Shown: piece by piece, positions 36,083-46,628 of the stretch
How positions within the stretch are numbered: the stretch's first letter is position 1
Layout of the letters: each line of letters opens with the position of its first letter
IMG/VR virus record: IMGVR_UViG_3300033417_000012
Coordinates: 1 to 52,503 of that record
From: a virus
Taxonomy: Duplodnaviria > Caudoviricetes
Strand: one strand, 5' to 3'
Length of the DNA stretch: 52,503 bases
Made by a program: the position numbers and the translations under genes
Notes under the pieces: model-generated
What the model was told of the DNA's origin: nothing
The model's input: only the letters and a program-made list of their open reading frames with translations
Databases searched by the model: none

Positions 36083-36534
36083 CATATTCCAGGGAAGAAC
36101 GTCGTGAAAGGCTCGTGTCGCACCTGTCAACTGATCTGACGGGCACGGGCAATCCTGCTTATGCGGTTTTTGGTCATGCAGTTCGAGACTTCAAGGGCGA
36201 GTCTCCGGTCGTTGTGGTTCTATCGTCTGGTTCTGCGAGATCCCCGCACGGCCTGGGTTCGTCAAAATACGCGATGGTTTTCAGGTTTGCCATACTCAGC
36301 TTTGTTCGAGAGGCCGACCCTGACGATGGTTGGACTTCGGAAAACGTGGAAGACGCCCTCGATAGCCTGGAGGCCGCAATCGCAGATTCGATCATGGTGC
36401 ATCGCAGTGATCCGCCATACTGGATCAACATGATGTACAGCGGGGATTATTCCGAGGTTCTGCCCGTTACGATTGCCGGTGATCCCTACAAAATGGAGGG
36501 TGCTGTCGTAGAAATGGAGGTCTTTGATGCCTAG
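36079..36534 (+). CDS. Tail terminator protein
   Basis: Position before tail tube gene. Confidence 0.55.
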   Translation: MTYSREERRERLVSHLSTDLTGTGNPAYAVFGHAVRDFKGESPVVVVLSSGSARSPHGLGSSKYAMVFRFAILSFVREADPDDGWTSENVEDALDSLEAAIADSIMVHRSDPPYWINMMYSGDYSEVLPVTIAGDPYKMEGAVVEMEVFDA

Positions 36535-36724
36535 AAAAATCGTCGCTCGATACACGGGCGAAGGATATGTGTTTGGGGTTCCGGCCAGAGACTTGAATGC
36601 TGATGAATGGAGCAACCTTTCTGAAGAAAACAGAAAGATCGCCCTGTCGTCTGGCACACATCAAATGGTGCAGGAGTCTCCTAAATCGACCAAGAAGGAG
36701 GTGAATGACAATGGCGAACAGTGA
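36527..36724 (+). CDS. Small hypothetical protein
   Basis: GGAGG RBS; GVPARDL motif. Confidence 0.6.
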   Translation: MPRKIVARYTGEGYVFGVPARDLNADEWSNLSEENRKIALSSGTHQMVQESPKSTKKEVNDNGEQ

Positions 36725-37703
36725 GGTTGATCTTTTTCAAGTACAAGCCGGTGAGCAAACCGACTTCGACACTGTAGCTGCCCCCACGGTTAAGCTGATG
36801 GGGGTTGAGAGCTTTGACATCGATCCGATTGTCGAGGCGACACACGTTCCAGAAATGCGGGGCGACCTTACACCCGCTTACCAAAGCGTTGTTGATCGAG
36901 CAAACTGCGAGTGGACTATCAACGGCACAATCCAGTTCGAGGACATTTGCTATTTCCTGGACAACGCCTTTGGTGAAGCATCACCTGCGGGTACTGGTCC
37001 TTACACGCGAACCTACAATGGAGCCGGAGCGAAGCCTGCACCGAAGATCCTGACCCTGGTAAAGGGTTCGACCGAGGGAGTTTATGGGGTTGTAGGTGCG
37101 CTTGCGACCACGCTCGAATTGACGTTTGAGAAAAACATGCGAGCCACCTATTCGGTCAGCGGCTTCGGTAAGCAGTTTGACGAAGACGCTCTTGCGACGT
37201 TGGCTGATCGTGCAGTGACCATCTGTCACGGAAATCAGGTCGCCCTTTCAATGGACCCGTTCGGTTCAGCGGCGGGTACGACAACTTATCCAGGCGTGAA
37301 GACAAGCGCCACGTTGAGCGTCGATCTTGCGCGCGCGGTGAAGGAGGGACTTGGGTCCCTGAACCCCGTTGGGTGGAAACAAAACAAGGGGGAGCCTGGA
37401 TCAAACCAGCTTTCAGTCACCTTGGAATTTGACGCCACGACCGGAAGATCAAAGGATTTTCTGGACGCGCTGAAGGACGCAACACACACGCCGTTCCAGC
37501 GGGTCATGCGCCTCCTGGCGACCTACGACGCCAATCATGCTCTGCGCGTGGACTTCGCAGGATTCACGGAAGAAGCCCCCTCGGTATTCACAGATGAGGA
37601 CGGGATTGCAACTCTTGAGTTCAACTTCAGTGCGCAGTATGAAGCAACCCTAGGTGGGTGGCTTCAGATCGTCGCGACCAACCAGGTTTCAGCGCTGCCT
37701 TAG
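36711..37703 (+). CDS. Major tail tube protein
   Basis: Size, beta-rich, AAGGAGGTG RBS. Confidence 0.75.
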   Translation: MANSEVDLFQVQAGEQTDFDTVAAPTVKLMGVESFDIDPIVEATHVPEMRGDLTPAYQSVVDRANCEWTINGTIQFEDICYFLDNAFGEASPAGTGPYTRTYNGAGAKPAPKILTLVKGSTEGVYGVVGALATTLELTFEKNMRATYSVSGFGKQFDEDALATLADRAVTICHGNQVALSMDPFGSAAGTTTYPGVKTSATLSVDLARAVKEGLGSLNPVGWKQNKGEPGSNQLSVTLEFDATTGRSKDFLDALKDATHTPFQRVMRLLATYDANHALRVDFAGFTEEAPSVFTDEDGIATLEFNFSAQYEATLGGWLQIVATNQVSALP

Positions 37704-37741
37704 CGCTAAACATCGCTACATCCAAGAGGATAGGAGCGGAA

Positions 37742-38068
37742 ATGAGCAACGAACCTAAGACAGTTGAGATCGAGGTGAGAACCGTCGATCTTGAGGGACC
37801 AAAGTTTTGGCCCAAGTACCGCAAGGTCATCCAGATGAAGGAAGTCTTGATGCGCCCCATGAATGCGACCGTGGATGATGTCGATGCCGCGTTCGAATTC
37901 CTGCTTGACCACGTTGTGAAGCCGGAAGACCAAGGGGTGAAGCGAGAGATCCTTGAAAATCTGGAGGGCGAACAACTCATCAAGTTGTTCGACCAGATTG
38001 TTGGAGGTGCGCAAACCGCGGTCCCCCCGTCGAATGGCGCGGTCTCAGAAAATACTTCGGACTCGTAA
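37742..38068 (+). CDS. Tail assembly chaperone (G)
   Basis: Between tube and TMP; slippery C CCC CCG at 38023-38029. Confidence 0.75.
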   Translation: MSNEPKTVEIEVRTVDLEGPKFWPKYRKVIQMKEVLMRPMNATVDDVDAAFEFLLDHVVKPEDQGVKREILENLEGEQLIKLFDQIVGGAQTAVPPSNGAVSENTSDS

Positions 38069-38286
38069 AATCAGGGTCGGATGATCCGCCAGACTGGATT
38101 CTTCTGATGGAGGCCGCGAAAGAGGATCCCTTGCGAGCACAGGAGATCGAGGCGGGCTTGAACGGAAAGTGGTTCAACAGGTACATCGCCTGGATCGATA
38201 TAAAGGGTCAGTCGATCAAAAAAGAACATGACAAGCTCAAGAGAGAGCGCGAGCGGGTAAGTCGCAAGGCCAAGCGAAGCAGATGA
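38023..38286 (+). CDS. -1 frameshift extension of tail assembly chaperone (GT)
   Basis: -1 frame open from slippery site to TGA at 38284-38286. Confidence 0.65.
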   Translation, partial: PPVEWRGLRKYFGLVKSGSDDPPDWILLMEAAKEDPLRAQEIEAGLNGKWFNRYIAWIDIKGQSIKKEHDKLKRERERVSRKAKRSR

Positions 38287-38292
38287 GGAACA

Positions 38293-40500
38293 ATGGCATC
38301 AAGAGCCTACGAGATCGTTATTCGTGTGACAGGCGAGGACAAGGCCAGCGGTCCGCTAGGTTCAGCGGCCGGCGCCCTTGGGAGAGTCGGAGAAATAGCG
38401 GCGGGGATTCTGTCTGCTCGCGTCTTCGAGGGGATAGCTCGTCAAATCGGATCCCTGGCTTCTCAGGCTCTTAGTGGTGCAAAGGAATTCCAGACTCTAA
38501 CGATCGCCCTTGAAGGCTTGCTTGCTCGTGAAATCGTTGGTCAGGGCACGACCGACGATTTTGCTGTAGCGCTGTCTCTTGCAGCAGAACCCGCGGAAGA
38601 TCTTCTCAACTGGATCAAGCAGATCTCGGTAACAACCCCATTTACGGCAGACAACCTTTCTAAAACCGTTCAGATCGCTATGGCGATGGGTTTCACGTCC
38701 GACGAGGCTAAAAACCTTTCGCTTGCGGTCGGTAACTTTACGGCTGGCATGGGTTTGTCCGGTGAGACTATGGAGCGGATCATCTATAACTTCGGACAGA
38801 TGATCCAGCAGGGTAAGGTCACGGGCACAGAGCTTCGAGACTTGGCAAGAGGCTCATTTGTTCCTGTCACGGATGTTCTGAAGCGTATGCAGGAAAACCT
38901 TGGTCTCACTGAAATGTCGTTTGAGGACTTTCGCGAACAGGCGTCCGCTGGAGATCTTCCGGTCGAGGAGTTTTTCAAGGCGTTCACGGACATCGCCACA
39001 GAGCAGTTTCCTGGTGCGATGGAACGCATGTCGAAAACCTGGGAGGGGGTTACGTCGAACATCAAAGACTTCATCCAGGTTGTTCTTGGCACAGAAATAA
39101 TCGGACCGACGCTTGATCGCGTTTCGGGGTTTCTGTCTAGCGCCCTGGATTGGCTTCTTTCCCCTGATGTTATGGCGGGAGCAAGGAGAACGGGTGAAGC
39201 GCTTCTTGAAGCATTTGATAAGGTTGTCGCAGTTCTTGAAAGCGACCTCGTGCCTGCAATCGGGGATTTCCTCGACAAAATAGGTGCGGGTGAAATGAAG
39301 TTGCCTGCGCTGTCGGACGTACTGGAAGATGTTGGTGATGCTGTCGCCGGTTTTATTAGCTGGTTCAGCGAAGCCATTGTTGTTGTAGGGGATTTCCTAC
39401 AAAAGCATGGCCCGTTTCTCAAAGAGGTGTTTCTTGGGATCGCGGTTGCACTGGGCGCAATCCTTGCTGTTTCTGGAGTCGCGTCTGTCATTGGTGGAAT
39501 CGCAGCCGCAATAGCCGGTATTGCCGCCGCGGTTTCATCGGCAGGGATCGTGGCAGTCATCGCTGGTATCGCTGCCGGAATAGCTCTGCTTGGTCTTGCC
39601 TGGACGAATAATTGGGGTGGGATCAGAGACATTCTTACGGAGGTTTGGGAAACGTACCTTCTACCTGCCTTTACGGAGATCAAAGCGTGGCTGGACACCA
39701 ACCTACCGATGGCCATCGCGTTTCTCTCTGATTTGTGGACCAACACGCTGCTGCCAGCGATACAGACGGTCGTTGAGTGGGCTACAACGACGCTGTTTCC
39801 TGTACTCGCGGAAATCGCACGGGTTGTTGGTGAAGTTGTAACTGCTGCTTTACAGGCTCACGCAAATTTTTGGGAGAACGTCTTGAAGCCCGCCATCGAG
39901 ATCGTGTGGGGGTTTATTTCCGGTTCCGTAATTCCGCTTCTTCTTGAGCTTTCGAATGTTTCCAGGGCCATACTTGGTGTAGCGCTCACAGCGCTTGCCG
40001 GATTATGGCAGAACGTTTTGCAACCTGCGCTACAGGAAGTTTGGAAATTCATCAAGGGTAGTGTTATTCCCGTGATTGAGGATGTGGCGCGCGTGATAAA
40101 GAACGTCTTGGGACCTCCGGCAAGTTGGCTGGCAAATACAGTTTTGAGCGGGATGAAACGATCCCTGGACAATGTTTCAAGTTCAATTCGAAAGATCATT
40201 AATTGGCTCAGGGAGCTTGCATCAAAAATCAGGAGCTTGAAACTACCAAGCTGGCTTACCCCTGGATCACCGACCCCGCTTGAGTTGGGCTTGATTGGGA
40301 TTGAAGGGGCCTTGAAGAAGGCAAACCGAACGATGGGTCGATCTCCACTTGTCGGCGCTAATGGTATGTCTGCAACTGCCGGTGGTTCCCCTGGTGGTTC
40401 TGTGAACCATATTGAGATCAACGTTTCGGGTTCCGGCGACCCCGAAGCCGTTGCAAGCGCTATCCTTCGAAAACTGCGGCAACAAGGGGTTGTCCCCTGA
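38293..40500 (+). CDS. Tape measure protein
   Basis: 735 aa; TPF, GKVTG.EL motifs; TM stretch; W-spaced repeats. Confidence 0.9.
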   Translation: MASRAYEIVIRVTGEDKASGPLGSAAGALGRVGEIAAGILSARVFEGIARQIGSLASQALSGAKEFQTLTIALEGLLAREIVGQGTTDDFAVALSLAAEPAEDLLNWIKQISVTTPFTADNLSKTVQIAMAMGFTSDEAKNLSLAVGNFTAGMGLSGETMERIIYNFGQMIQQGKVTGTELRDLARGSFVPVTDVLKRMQENLGLTEMSFEDFREQASAGDLPVEEFFKAFTDIATEQFPGAMERMSKTWEGVTSNIKDFIQVVLGTEIIGPTLDRVSGFLSSALDWLLSPDVMAGARRTGEALLEAFDKVVAVLESDLVPAIGDFLDKIGAGEMKLPALSDVLEDVGDAVAGFISWFSEAIVVVGDFLQKHGPFLKEVFLGIAVALGAILAVSGVASVIGGIAAAIAGIAAAVSSAGIVAVIAGIAAGIALLGLAWTNNWGGIRDILTEVWETYLLPAFTEIKAWLDTNLPMAIAFLSDLWTNTLLPAIQTVVEWATTTLFPVLAEIARVVGEVVTAALQAHANFWENVLKPAIEIVWGFISGSVIPLLLELSNVSRAILGVALTALAGLWQNVLQPALQEVWKFIKGSVIPVIEDVARVIKNVLGPPASWLANTVLSGMKRSLDNVSSSIRKIINWLRELASKIRSLKLPSWLTPGSPTPLELGLIGIEGALKKANRTMGRSPLVGANGMSATAGGSPGGSVNHIEINVSGSGDPEAVASAILRKLRQQGVVP

Positions 40501-43196
40501 TGCCTTATCCAAATCGCCTCGATCTCACCGTTATGATGGATCTGCGAGACACGACCGACTGTCTTGATTTCGACTCGACGCCATCAGATTACATGATCGT
40601 CGATCCGATCACGATGCCCACAACGGGTATTTCTATTGAAATGTGGATAACACCTGACACGTCGTCTGGCGGAACCATATTTTCTTATGCGCACTCCGGT
40701 GAGCTAGAAGCGCTTGTTCTGCGCAACCCTGAAAGCCTGGAGTTTGTTGTCGATGGGAATGCGTTTGACACAGGGGTCGCGATCAACGACGGGGGCCAGC
40801 ATCACATTTGCATCGTTTATTCGTCCCTTTTCTCTGGCTCATTCAACCTTTACGTGGACGGGAAAGTTAGGGACGGAGACCTCCCTGGTGGGAGCCTTGT
40901 TTCTGGTGGCTCTCTTGTTCTTGGTCAGGCGCAGGGTTCTGTCGGCGGCAACTTCTCGGATTCGTTTGGAGGGAAGATTTTCGACGTCCGAATTTGGGGT
41001 GGCACGCTCTCTTATGACGTGATCTACGCCAACCTCAAGGTTGAAACCCCGACTCACCCGACGATCTCTCTGGTTCACAGGTACTTGCTGAACGAGGGCT
41101 CGGGGACGACTGCAAACGACACAGGGACGGACAACGAAGACGGGACCATTTCTGACGCCGACATGTGGTCAACGTTCGGAAGCCCCAGGTGGGTCGAAGT
41201 GCAGGAAGACATCGTTCCAGGAACTCTCAGCTTCACGGATACGCTAGGACGATCAGTCCCGACGTGCGATTTCTCTCTGGAGGGCTGGTCTGGTACGCCT
41301 CCTGAAAAATGGGACGAAATCATCATAGAAGATTCGGGCACTCGAATCTTCGGTGGGTTTGTAACTTCTATACAGGAATCATTCGGGGAAGGGGCGACGA
41401 TCAAGTATTCGGTTGGGTGCTCCGGTTACGCCATTTATCTCGATCATGCAATAGATCGGGTCGAGTACGAGAACACAACCGACCAGGACATCATTCAAGA
41501 CCTCGTGGGCAGGTTTGCCCCCTGGATCGGTGCGACCCAAATTGGACTCGTGGAGGAAATCAACACATTCGAAACCTATCGCATAAACAGATTGACTGTC
41601 AGGCGGGTTATCGACGATCTTGCCGATCTTGGGGATGCCTCCTGGTATGTCGATTCTCTGGCCGATCTGTATTTCTTCAGAAGCAACGTTAGCGCATCGC
41701 CCTACGATCTCAGCGACAATCCTGACTACTCGACCGAAATGCCCTACTTCGGTTTGGTTGTTCACGAGGGTGGGGCAAATATCACGAATCGGATTGAGGT
41801 CATAGGCGACTACTATCTTGGCCCCGACGAGATAATTGTGTTTCCAGGGGACGGTGAGAGCAACATCATCCAGATGCCCTTGCCCATGCAGGCCCCCGAA
41901 TCTCTCAGCACCCTGAAGGTCGAGAGAAACTTTGCCGTACCATCCGAAAACTTGGTCCCGAATCCTAGGGCTGGTGTCGATACTTCGCTGTGGACAGCAG
42001 AGAGCGGCTTGACGCTCTCTCGCGTCACGGGTCAGCCAGACGTTGAGGGTGGAACTGCTTTTCAGCTTTCGTGTGGTACTGGACTGTCCTCCAGGCTGAT
42101 TTACACATCCCTGGTTGATGAAACGCTCGATGAGGGAACGATCTACACTGCCCAGGTCAAAATACGCGGTACAGGATCTACGGTTGGTAGGGTTGCGGAT
42201 ATACGGGTAGTTGCGCAGGGTGGAGCGGAAGCAGACGAACAGCTTGGCATAGGACAGATCGTTGGGCTGGTCAACGGATACCAGCAAGCCTACGTCACCG
42301 TCGAGGTGGATGAACCCGACCGGACGAATCTTCTGGTTGAGATTCACATGTCCGGCCCAACATCCGGCGACATCATCTACGTTTCGGAGGTTCAGTGCGA
42401 GGTAGGCGAATACCCGACAGAATATATCGATGGTTCCAAGGGGACAGGTTATTCGTGGGCTTCGACTGCTCACGCATCGAGAAGCATAAGGACGTCTGCC
42501 GCTGCCGCCGAGTGGGTTCAGCTAACAACGCTCGTCGGTGGCGTGGATACGCTCACGGATCACCTGGATGTTCTTCACCATCAAGAGCAAGCGCGTCTTG
42601 AGCATCTTTATCCGTGGCCTGATCTTTCAAGCGCCGCGATGGTTACGGGCAGGCGCGAGATACCGCTTCGTCTTCGTCTTACGGACATAGCCAGCTTCGA
42701 CTTTTACGGAAAGTGGTTCGACGACTTCATTTACGATCCAGATCTCATTGACGTCGAAACTGCTCGCCTTCGAGGGCTTGCCGAGCTTGCGTTGCGAAGC
42801 CTGGGTACGACAAGTGTCACGCTGCACGTCAAAGAACCTGGACTTCATTCAGGCCAACAGATTCACCTAGTTAGCGGTACGTTTGGAATTGACGGTGATT
42901 TCCTGATTCAACGCGTCGGGGGTGATGTTCAAACATATGGTAGAACGACCTATCAGATTTCTCTTGGGGTTTGGAACCCTGATCTGATCGACATCCTTCT
43001 GGAGCTTTGGCGAAAGCGCAATCCGCTCCCGCCCTGGAGGGACGAGGTGCCCTTCGATCATATTTTGGACTTTCGAGAGGGTGTAGAGTTTTCCGAGTCC
43101 GCAAGTTCACCTGTTGGCTCGTCGGGGCCTTACGTTTGGGACCCCGCGGGAACGGGTGACACTGTTCTGACTTGGGATCATGGAGTTTGGGGATGA
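40500..43196 (+). CDS. Tail tip/hub protein with LamG-like and carbohydrate-binding-like domains
   Basis: ISIEMWI...HHIC...LYVDG...DVRIW; ENLVPNP insert. Confidence 0.75.
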   Translation: MPYPNRLDLTVMMDLRDTTDCLDFDSTPSDYMIVDPITMPTTGISIEMWITPDTSSGGTIFSYAHSGELEALVLRNPESLEFVVDGNAFDTGVAINDGGQHHICIVYSSLFSGSFNLYVDGKVRDGDLPGGSLVSGGSLVLGQAQGSVGGNFSDSFGGKIFDVRIWGGTLSYDVIYANLKVETPTHPTISLVHRYLLNEGSGTTANDTGTDNEDGTISDADMWSTFGSPRWVEVQEDIVPGTLSFTDTLGRSVPTCDFSLEGWSGTPPEKWDEIIIEDSGTRIFGGFVTSIQESFGEGATIKYSVGCSGYAIYLDHAIDRVEYENTTDQDIIQDLVGRFAPWIGATQIGLVEEINTFETYRINRLTVRRVIDDLADLGDASWYVDSLADLYFFRSNVSASPYDLSDNPDYSTEMPYFGLVVHEGGANITNRIEVIGDYYLGPDEIIVFPGDGESNIIQMPLPMQAPESLSTLKVERNFAVPSENLVPNPRAGVDTSLWTAESGLTLSRVTGQPDVEGGTAFQLSCGTGLSSRLIYTSLVDETLDEGTIYTAQVKIRGTGSTVGRVADIRVVAQGGAEADEQLGIGQIVGLVNGYQQAYVTVEVDEPDRTNLLVEIHMSGPTSGDIIYVSEVQCEVGEYPTEYIDGSKGTGYSWASTAHASRSIRTSAAAAEWVQLTTLVGGVDTLTDHLDVLHHQEQARLEHLYPWPDLSSAAMVTGRREIPLRLRLTDIASFDFYGKWFDDFIYDPDLIDVETARLRGLAELALRSLGTTSVTLHVKEPGLHSGQQIHLVSGTFGIDGDFLIQRVGGDVQTYGRTTYQISLGVWNPDLIDILLELWRKRNPLPPWRDEVPFDHILDFREGVEFSESASSPVGSSGPYVWDPAGTGDTVLTWDHGVWG

Positions 43197-43738
43197 AAAA
43201 TTCTCGATTGAGTCTGGCTGGTGTGTCCACGCTGACCTTGTGGGACCAGGGAGCAATCCAGCACTTTGGCTACTCTCCCGATATAGGGAACAACGCCGAC
43301 TACCTTCTCGCCAGGATGCTCGCAAAGAGAAACGGCCACTTGCGAGACTATGATGTCGTGAAAAACCTGATTGTTGACGACGGCCTTGAATTGGTGATCG
43401 ATCTTCTTCTGGATTTGGACACAGGTTTGTCCTATCATGCGGTTGGCACGGACGACACAACGGCCGCTATAGGGGACACAGAACTTGGAGCGGAGCACAC
43501 GCGAAGGGCGTGGGCGCATTCAAGCAGAACATCACAGGCAGGGTACTACTCAGTTTTTTATCTGGCGTCTGAGGTGAACATTGTCATAGAGGAGGCTGGT
43601 GTGTTTGGTGGCTCCGGAGCCAGTGCGACAGCGGACAGTGGTACGTTGTTCAGCCACTATCTGCAATCCTATGACAACTCCGGTGGTTCACCACTAGACC
43701 TTACATTCGACTGGAATGTAGAGGCGGCAAGGGGTTAA
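43193..43738 (+). CDS. Minor tail/baseplate protein
   Basis: NLIVDDG...AVGT...IEEAGVF pattern. Confidence 0.65.
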   Translation: MKNSRLSLAGVSTLTLWDQGAIQHFGYSPDIGNNADYLLARMLAKRNGHLRDYDVVKNLIVDDGLELVIDLLLDLDTGLSYHAVGTDDTTAAIGDTELGAEHTRRAWAHSSRTSQAGYYSVFYLASEVNIVIEEAGVFGGSGASATADSGTLFSHYLQSYDNSGGSPLDLTFDWNVEAARG

Positions 43739-43743
43739 ATAAT

Positions 43744-44802
43744 ATGGCTATATCTAGCGAAGTAGTAAGCGGTGAGCCGGCTGCGGCAAGCGATGTCAAC
43801 GACATTCGCACGGACGCGCTAAACATTCACGCGTCGGTTGGGTCTGAACAGACCATAAGCAGCCAACAAGTCATTATTTCTGTTGACGACAACACCTTCT
43901 ATAGAATCGATACGTTTGGGGATGCGGCGGAGAGTGATCTTAATAGCCTGTTGGCTGGTGTGAATGGTCGTGTTCTGATAATCGCACCAGCGGTTGACAA
44001 AAGACACATCATTGTTTCACCCACGGGTGGCAGCATTACTCCGGCGTCCGGTTACAAATCAACCCTTCACGATATGCACGACAATCTTATTCTTGTGAAA
44101 AATCCTGGCACTGGATTCTGGACAGAACCTATTCATACACCAGCAAAGACCGGCTGGGTTCGCGCGTCTTGGGCGGCAAACGATGCCTGGGATTATGTAA
44201 GTGCGACAACGCTATCGATACCGGACGTGGACTACACAAGCATCCTCTACAAGGGGATGAAACTTCGCCTTCTCCAAGACTCAACCATAAAGTATTTTTA
44301 CATCATCGATGTGACCTATTCAGATCCAGACACCATAGTCACCGTTACGGGCGGTGATGACTATTCTCTTGCGAACGAATCAATTTCATATGCGTCGTAT
44401 TCCATGGCAGACAACCCGCAAGGTTTCCCGTCTTACTTCGAATACACACCAGCCGCATCAGCGGACGGAAGCATGACCTGGACGACCATCGCGGCTCGAT
44501 ACGGCTTCTTCAGGATTGTTGGTGGTTACGTTCACTTCACAGCGGAGATCAATGCCACGACCGGAGGTACTGCGTCCAACGCCCTCGGGATAGGTCTTCC
44601 TGTCACGGCTGATGTTTCTGCAATTGGTTCTCAGGGTATAAACATTTCAACTTACGTGGCAAACGGATCTGACTCTGTTTCTGGAGTTGGCTTCATAGCG
44701 AGCACAACACCGACGGTTGTTCGTTGCAGGCAATATAACGCCACGAACTATGGCCTTGGATCAGGTCGATTGGCTAATGCAAACGGGATGTATCCAATCT
44801 AG
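43744..44802 (+). CDS. Tail fibre / receptor-binding protein
   Basis: Position; NPQGFP, beta-sandwich head with GLPV. Confidence 0.65.
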   Translation: MAISSEVVSGEPAAASDVNDIRTDALNIHASVGSEQTISSQQVIISVDDNTFYRIDTFGDAAESDLNSLLAGVNGRVLIIAPAVDKRHIIVSPTGGSITPASGYKSTLHDMHDNLILVKNPGTGFWTEPIHTPAKTGWVRASWAANDAWDYVSATTLSIPDVDYTSILYKGMKLRLLQDSTIKYFYIIDVTYSDPDTIVTVTGGDDYSLANESISYASYSMADNPQGFPSYFEYTPAASADGSMTWTTIAARYGFFRIVGGYVHFTAEINATTGGTASNALGIGLPVTADVSAIGSQGINISTYVANGSDSVSGVGFIASTTPTVVRCRQYNATNYGLGSGRLANANGMYPI

Positions 44803-45840
44803 GTGGTGATGATGACGACAGACTTAGGCATTAGTCTTGGGCAAGCGATCAGGGATGGCCTGGATCTCGGAATCGTGCACGACATTGAGTCTATTGCGAT
44901 TCTTGAGGCGACTGCCCCGGACTATCCCATACACGAGCTGCCTATTTGCACCGACGTGTCATTCTGGCAAGGAGAGATATATTGGCCTGGAGCCTGGGAA
45001 GACGGGGTAAGGCTTGCTACAATACGGGCCGGTCAGCGCCACGGGTTGAGTGGTTGGACGGATAGCAGGTTTGTTGAAAATTGGACCAACGCTCGGTCGG
45101 CGGGACTTCTTCGAAATCTGTATTGGGTGTGGGATCCTTCCGCAAGCGGCCAGCAGCATTTGGACGGAATCCATCGAGCACTGGATTTGGTCGGTGACAG
45201 CGGTGAGCTTCAGGGTGTATTTGACCTTGAGCTTGAGCCTGTTCGGTGGGGTGACGTGGATGTCATCATTACCGGAATGAATGACATTTGGGGGCGACCA
45301 CCGATTGTTTACAGCGGAGCTTGGTTTTTGAATCGCGTTGTGGTTCCACCGTGGTTCAGGGCGCTTCCTCACTGGCTAACCGGATACAACAGCATTGGAC
45401 CAGACTATCCACGCGACTATTCGCCAACTGTGATAGAGTGGCAGCAAACGTCCTCCTGGGTTGTCGATTGGGTGGAGAGCACAAGTGTTGACCGCGATTA
45501 CTGGCTCAATTTGCTATTGGGCCTCTGGAGGTATGCAAACGTGACAGATAAAGTTGTGAAAGTGAATGATATTCTCGAATGGTTGGCGCAGAATCAAATC
45601 GATTGCGACACTGAACCTGAGCCGCCTCCTCCAGGTGAGTTAGACGAGTATGAAGTTGTCGTTCTCGGAAACTTCAGGACCAGCCCAGGAACGGGCAACA
45701 ACCTGATCCGGCTCATCAATGCCGGTGAGCATGTTTGGGATCTTGGTGAGCGCGTGGATGATTGGTGGAAGGTCCGCGATCAGAACGACGTGGATGGGTG
45801 GTTCTGGACCAACGAAGGCGTAAAGCTGAAAGAGGTGTGA
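44803..45840 (+). CDS. Endolysin, GH25 muramidase plus SH3-like domain
   Basis: DVSFWQG, D.RF..N, DLE, IVYS, WQ.TS, VDRD; C-terminal NFRTSPG...GW. Confidence 0.85.
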   Translation: MVMMTTDLGISLGQAIRDGLDLGIVHDIESIAILEATAPDYPIHELPICTDVSFWQGEIYWPGAWEDGVRLATIRAGQRHGLSGWTDSRFVENWTNARSAGLLRNLYWVWDPSASGQQHLDGIHRALDLVGDSGELQGVFDLELEPVRWGDVDVIITGMNDIWGRPPIVYSGAWFLNRVVVPPWFRALPHWLTGYNSIGPDYPRDYSPTVIEWQQTSSWVVDWVESTSVDRDYWLNLLLGLWRYANVTDKVVKVNDILEWLAQNQIDCDTEPEPPPPGELDEYEVVVLGNFRTSPGTGNNLIRLINAGEHVWDLGERVDDWWKVRDQNDVDGWFWTNEGVKLKEV

Positions 45841-45841
45841 C

Positions 45842-46609
45842 ATGACCGACCTGCGGAAGATCGTCGAGCTAAACCTTATAGACGGCGTACTTGTAGGTAC
45901 GGACGACCAGGGAAATGAGGTTCATCTTCTTGCTCTTGACGGTGATGAACCGATTGACCCTCTGCCACCTACAGATCCAGATGACCAAGAACCAACTGAA
46001 CCTGCACCTGATCCACCTGTAGAGCAGGGCGCATCATTCAATGTTCCTGGAGAACTCTGGATTCAGGGATCTGGAGGCGAATTCACGCTGCGCGGCTCGT
46101 GGTACAAGGATGAAGAATCGGGCGATTTCGTCATGGCGAGGATCAATGGCGATCAGGAAACAATCATCGACGAGGACCAGGAAAATTCCCGCCTGCGCTT
46201 TTGGGTCGATGGAGACAATCTTGTGATCGACTTCCACAACGGACAATGGAACGTCACGGGGAATGGGCCTCTCTGGTTTGTGCCGCTAGGTGCGGGTCAA
46301 CCCAGGTCTGGTCTTTCGCTTTTCCGAACAGGTTTCGGGCATATCTACGACGAGAGCAAGAACAACTATTATCCTGCGCGCCTCAAGTGGGGCGCAATTT
46401 CGTGGCATCCGCACGTGAATCGAGCGGTGCGATTTCACTACGCGAATCCCGTCACGGTTGGTACTGGTCCAGGCGGACTCATTTCATTACAGAACCAGGA
46501 AGGAGTTGTCGCGCCGGACAACCCTGTTGGGGGGTTTGACGTGGATGGTGGATGCGGACTTGGTGGAGAGATCGGTCTCAGTAATCCATTTCGAGTAGCA
46601 ACCGAGTAG
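45842..46609 (+). CDS. Hypothetical protein with Pro/Asp linker
   Basis: GAGGTG RBS; lysis module. Confidence 0.7.
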   Translation: MTDLRKIVELNLIDGVLVGTDDQGNEVHLLALDGDEPIDPLPPTDPDDQEPTEPAPDPPVEQGASFNVPGELWIQGSGGEFTLRGSWYKDEESGDFVMARINGDQETIIDEDQENSRLRFWVDGDNLVIDFHNGQWNVTGNGPLWFVPLGAGQPRSGLSLFRTGFGHIYDESKNNYYPARLKWGAISWHPHVNRAVRFHYANPVTVGTGPGGLISLQNQEGVVAPDNPVGGFDVDGGCGLGGEIGLSNPFRVATE

Positions 46610-46628
46610 CGGCAGAGATAGGGGTCAT

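Noticed and set aside
38784-42473. Long minus-strand ORFs opposite the tape-measure and tail genes (similar ones at 29293-30438 and 51690-52268)
   Set aside because: Antisense shadows of clear structural genes.
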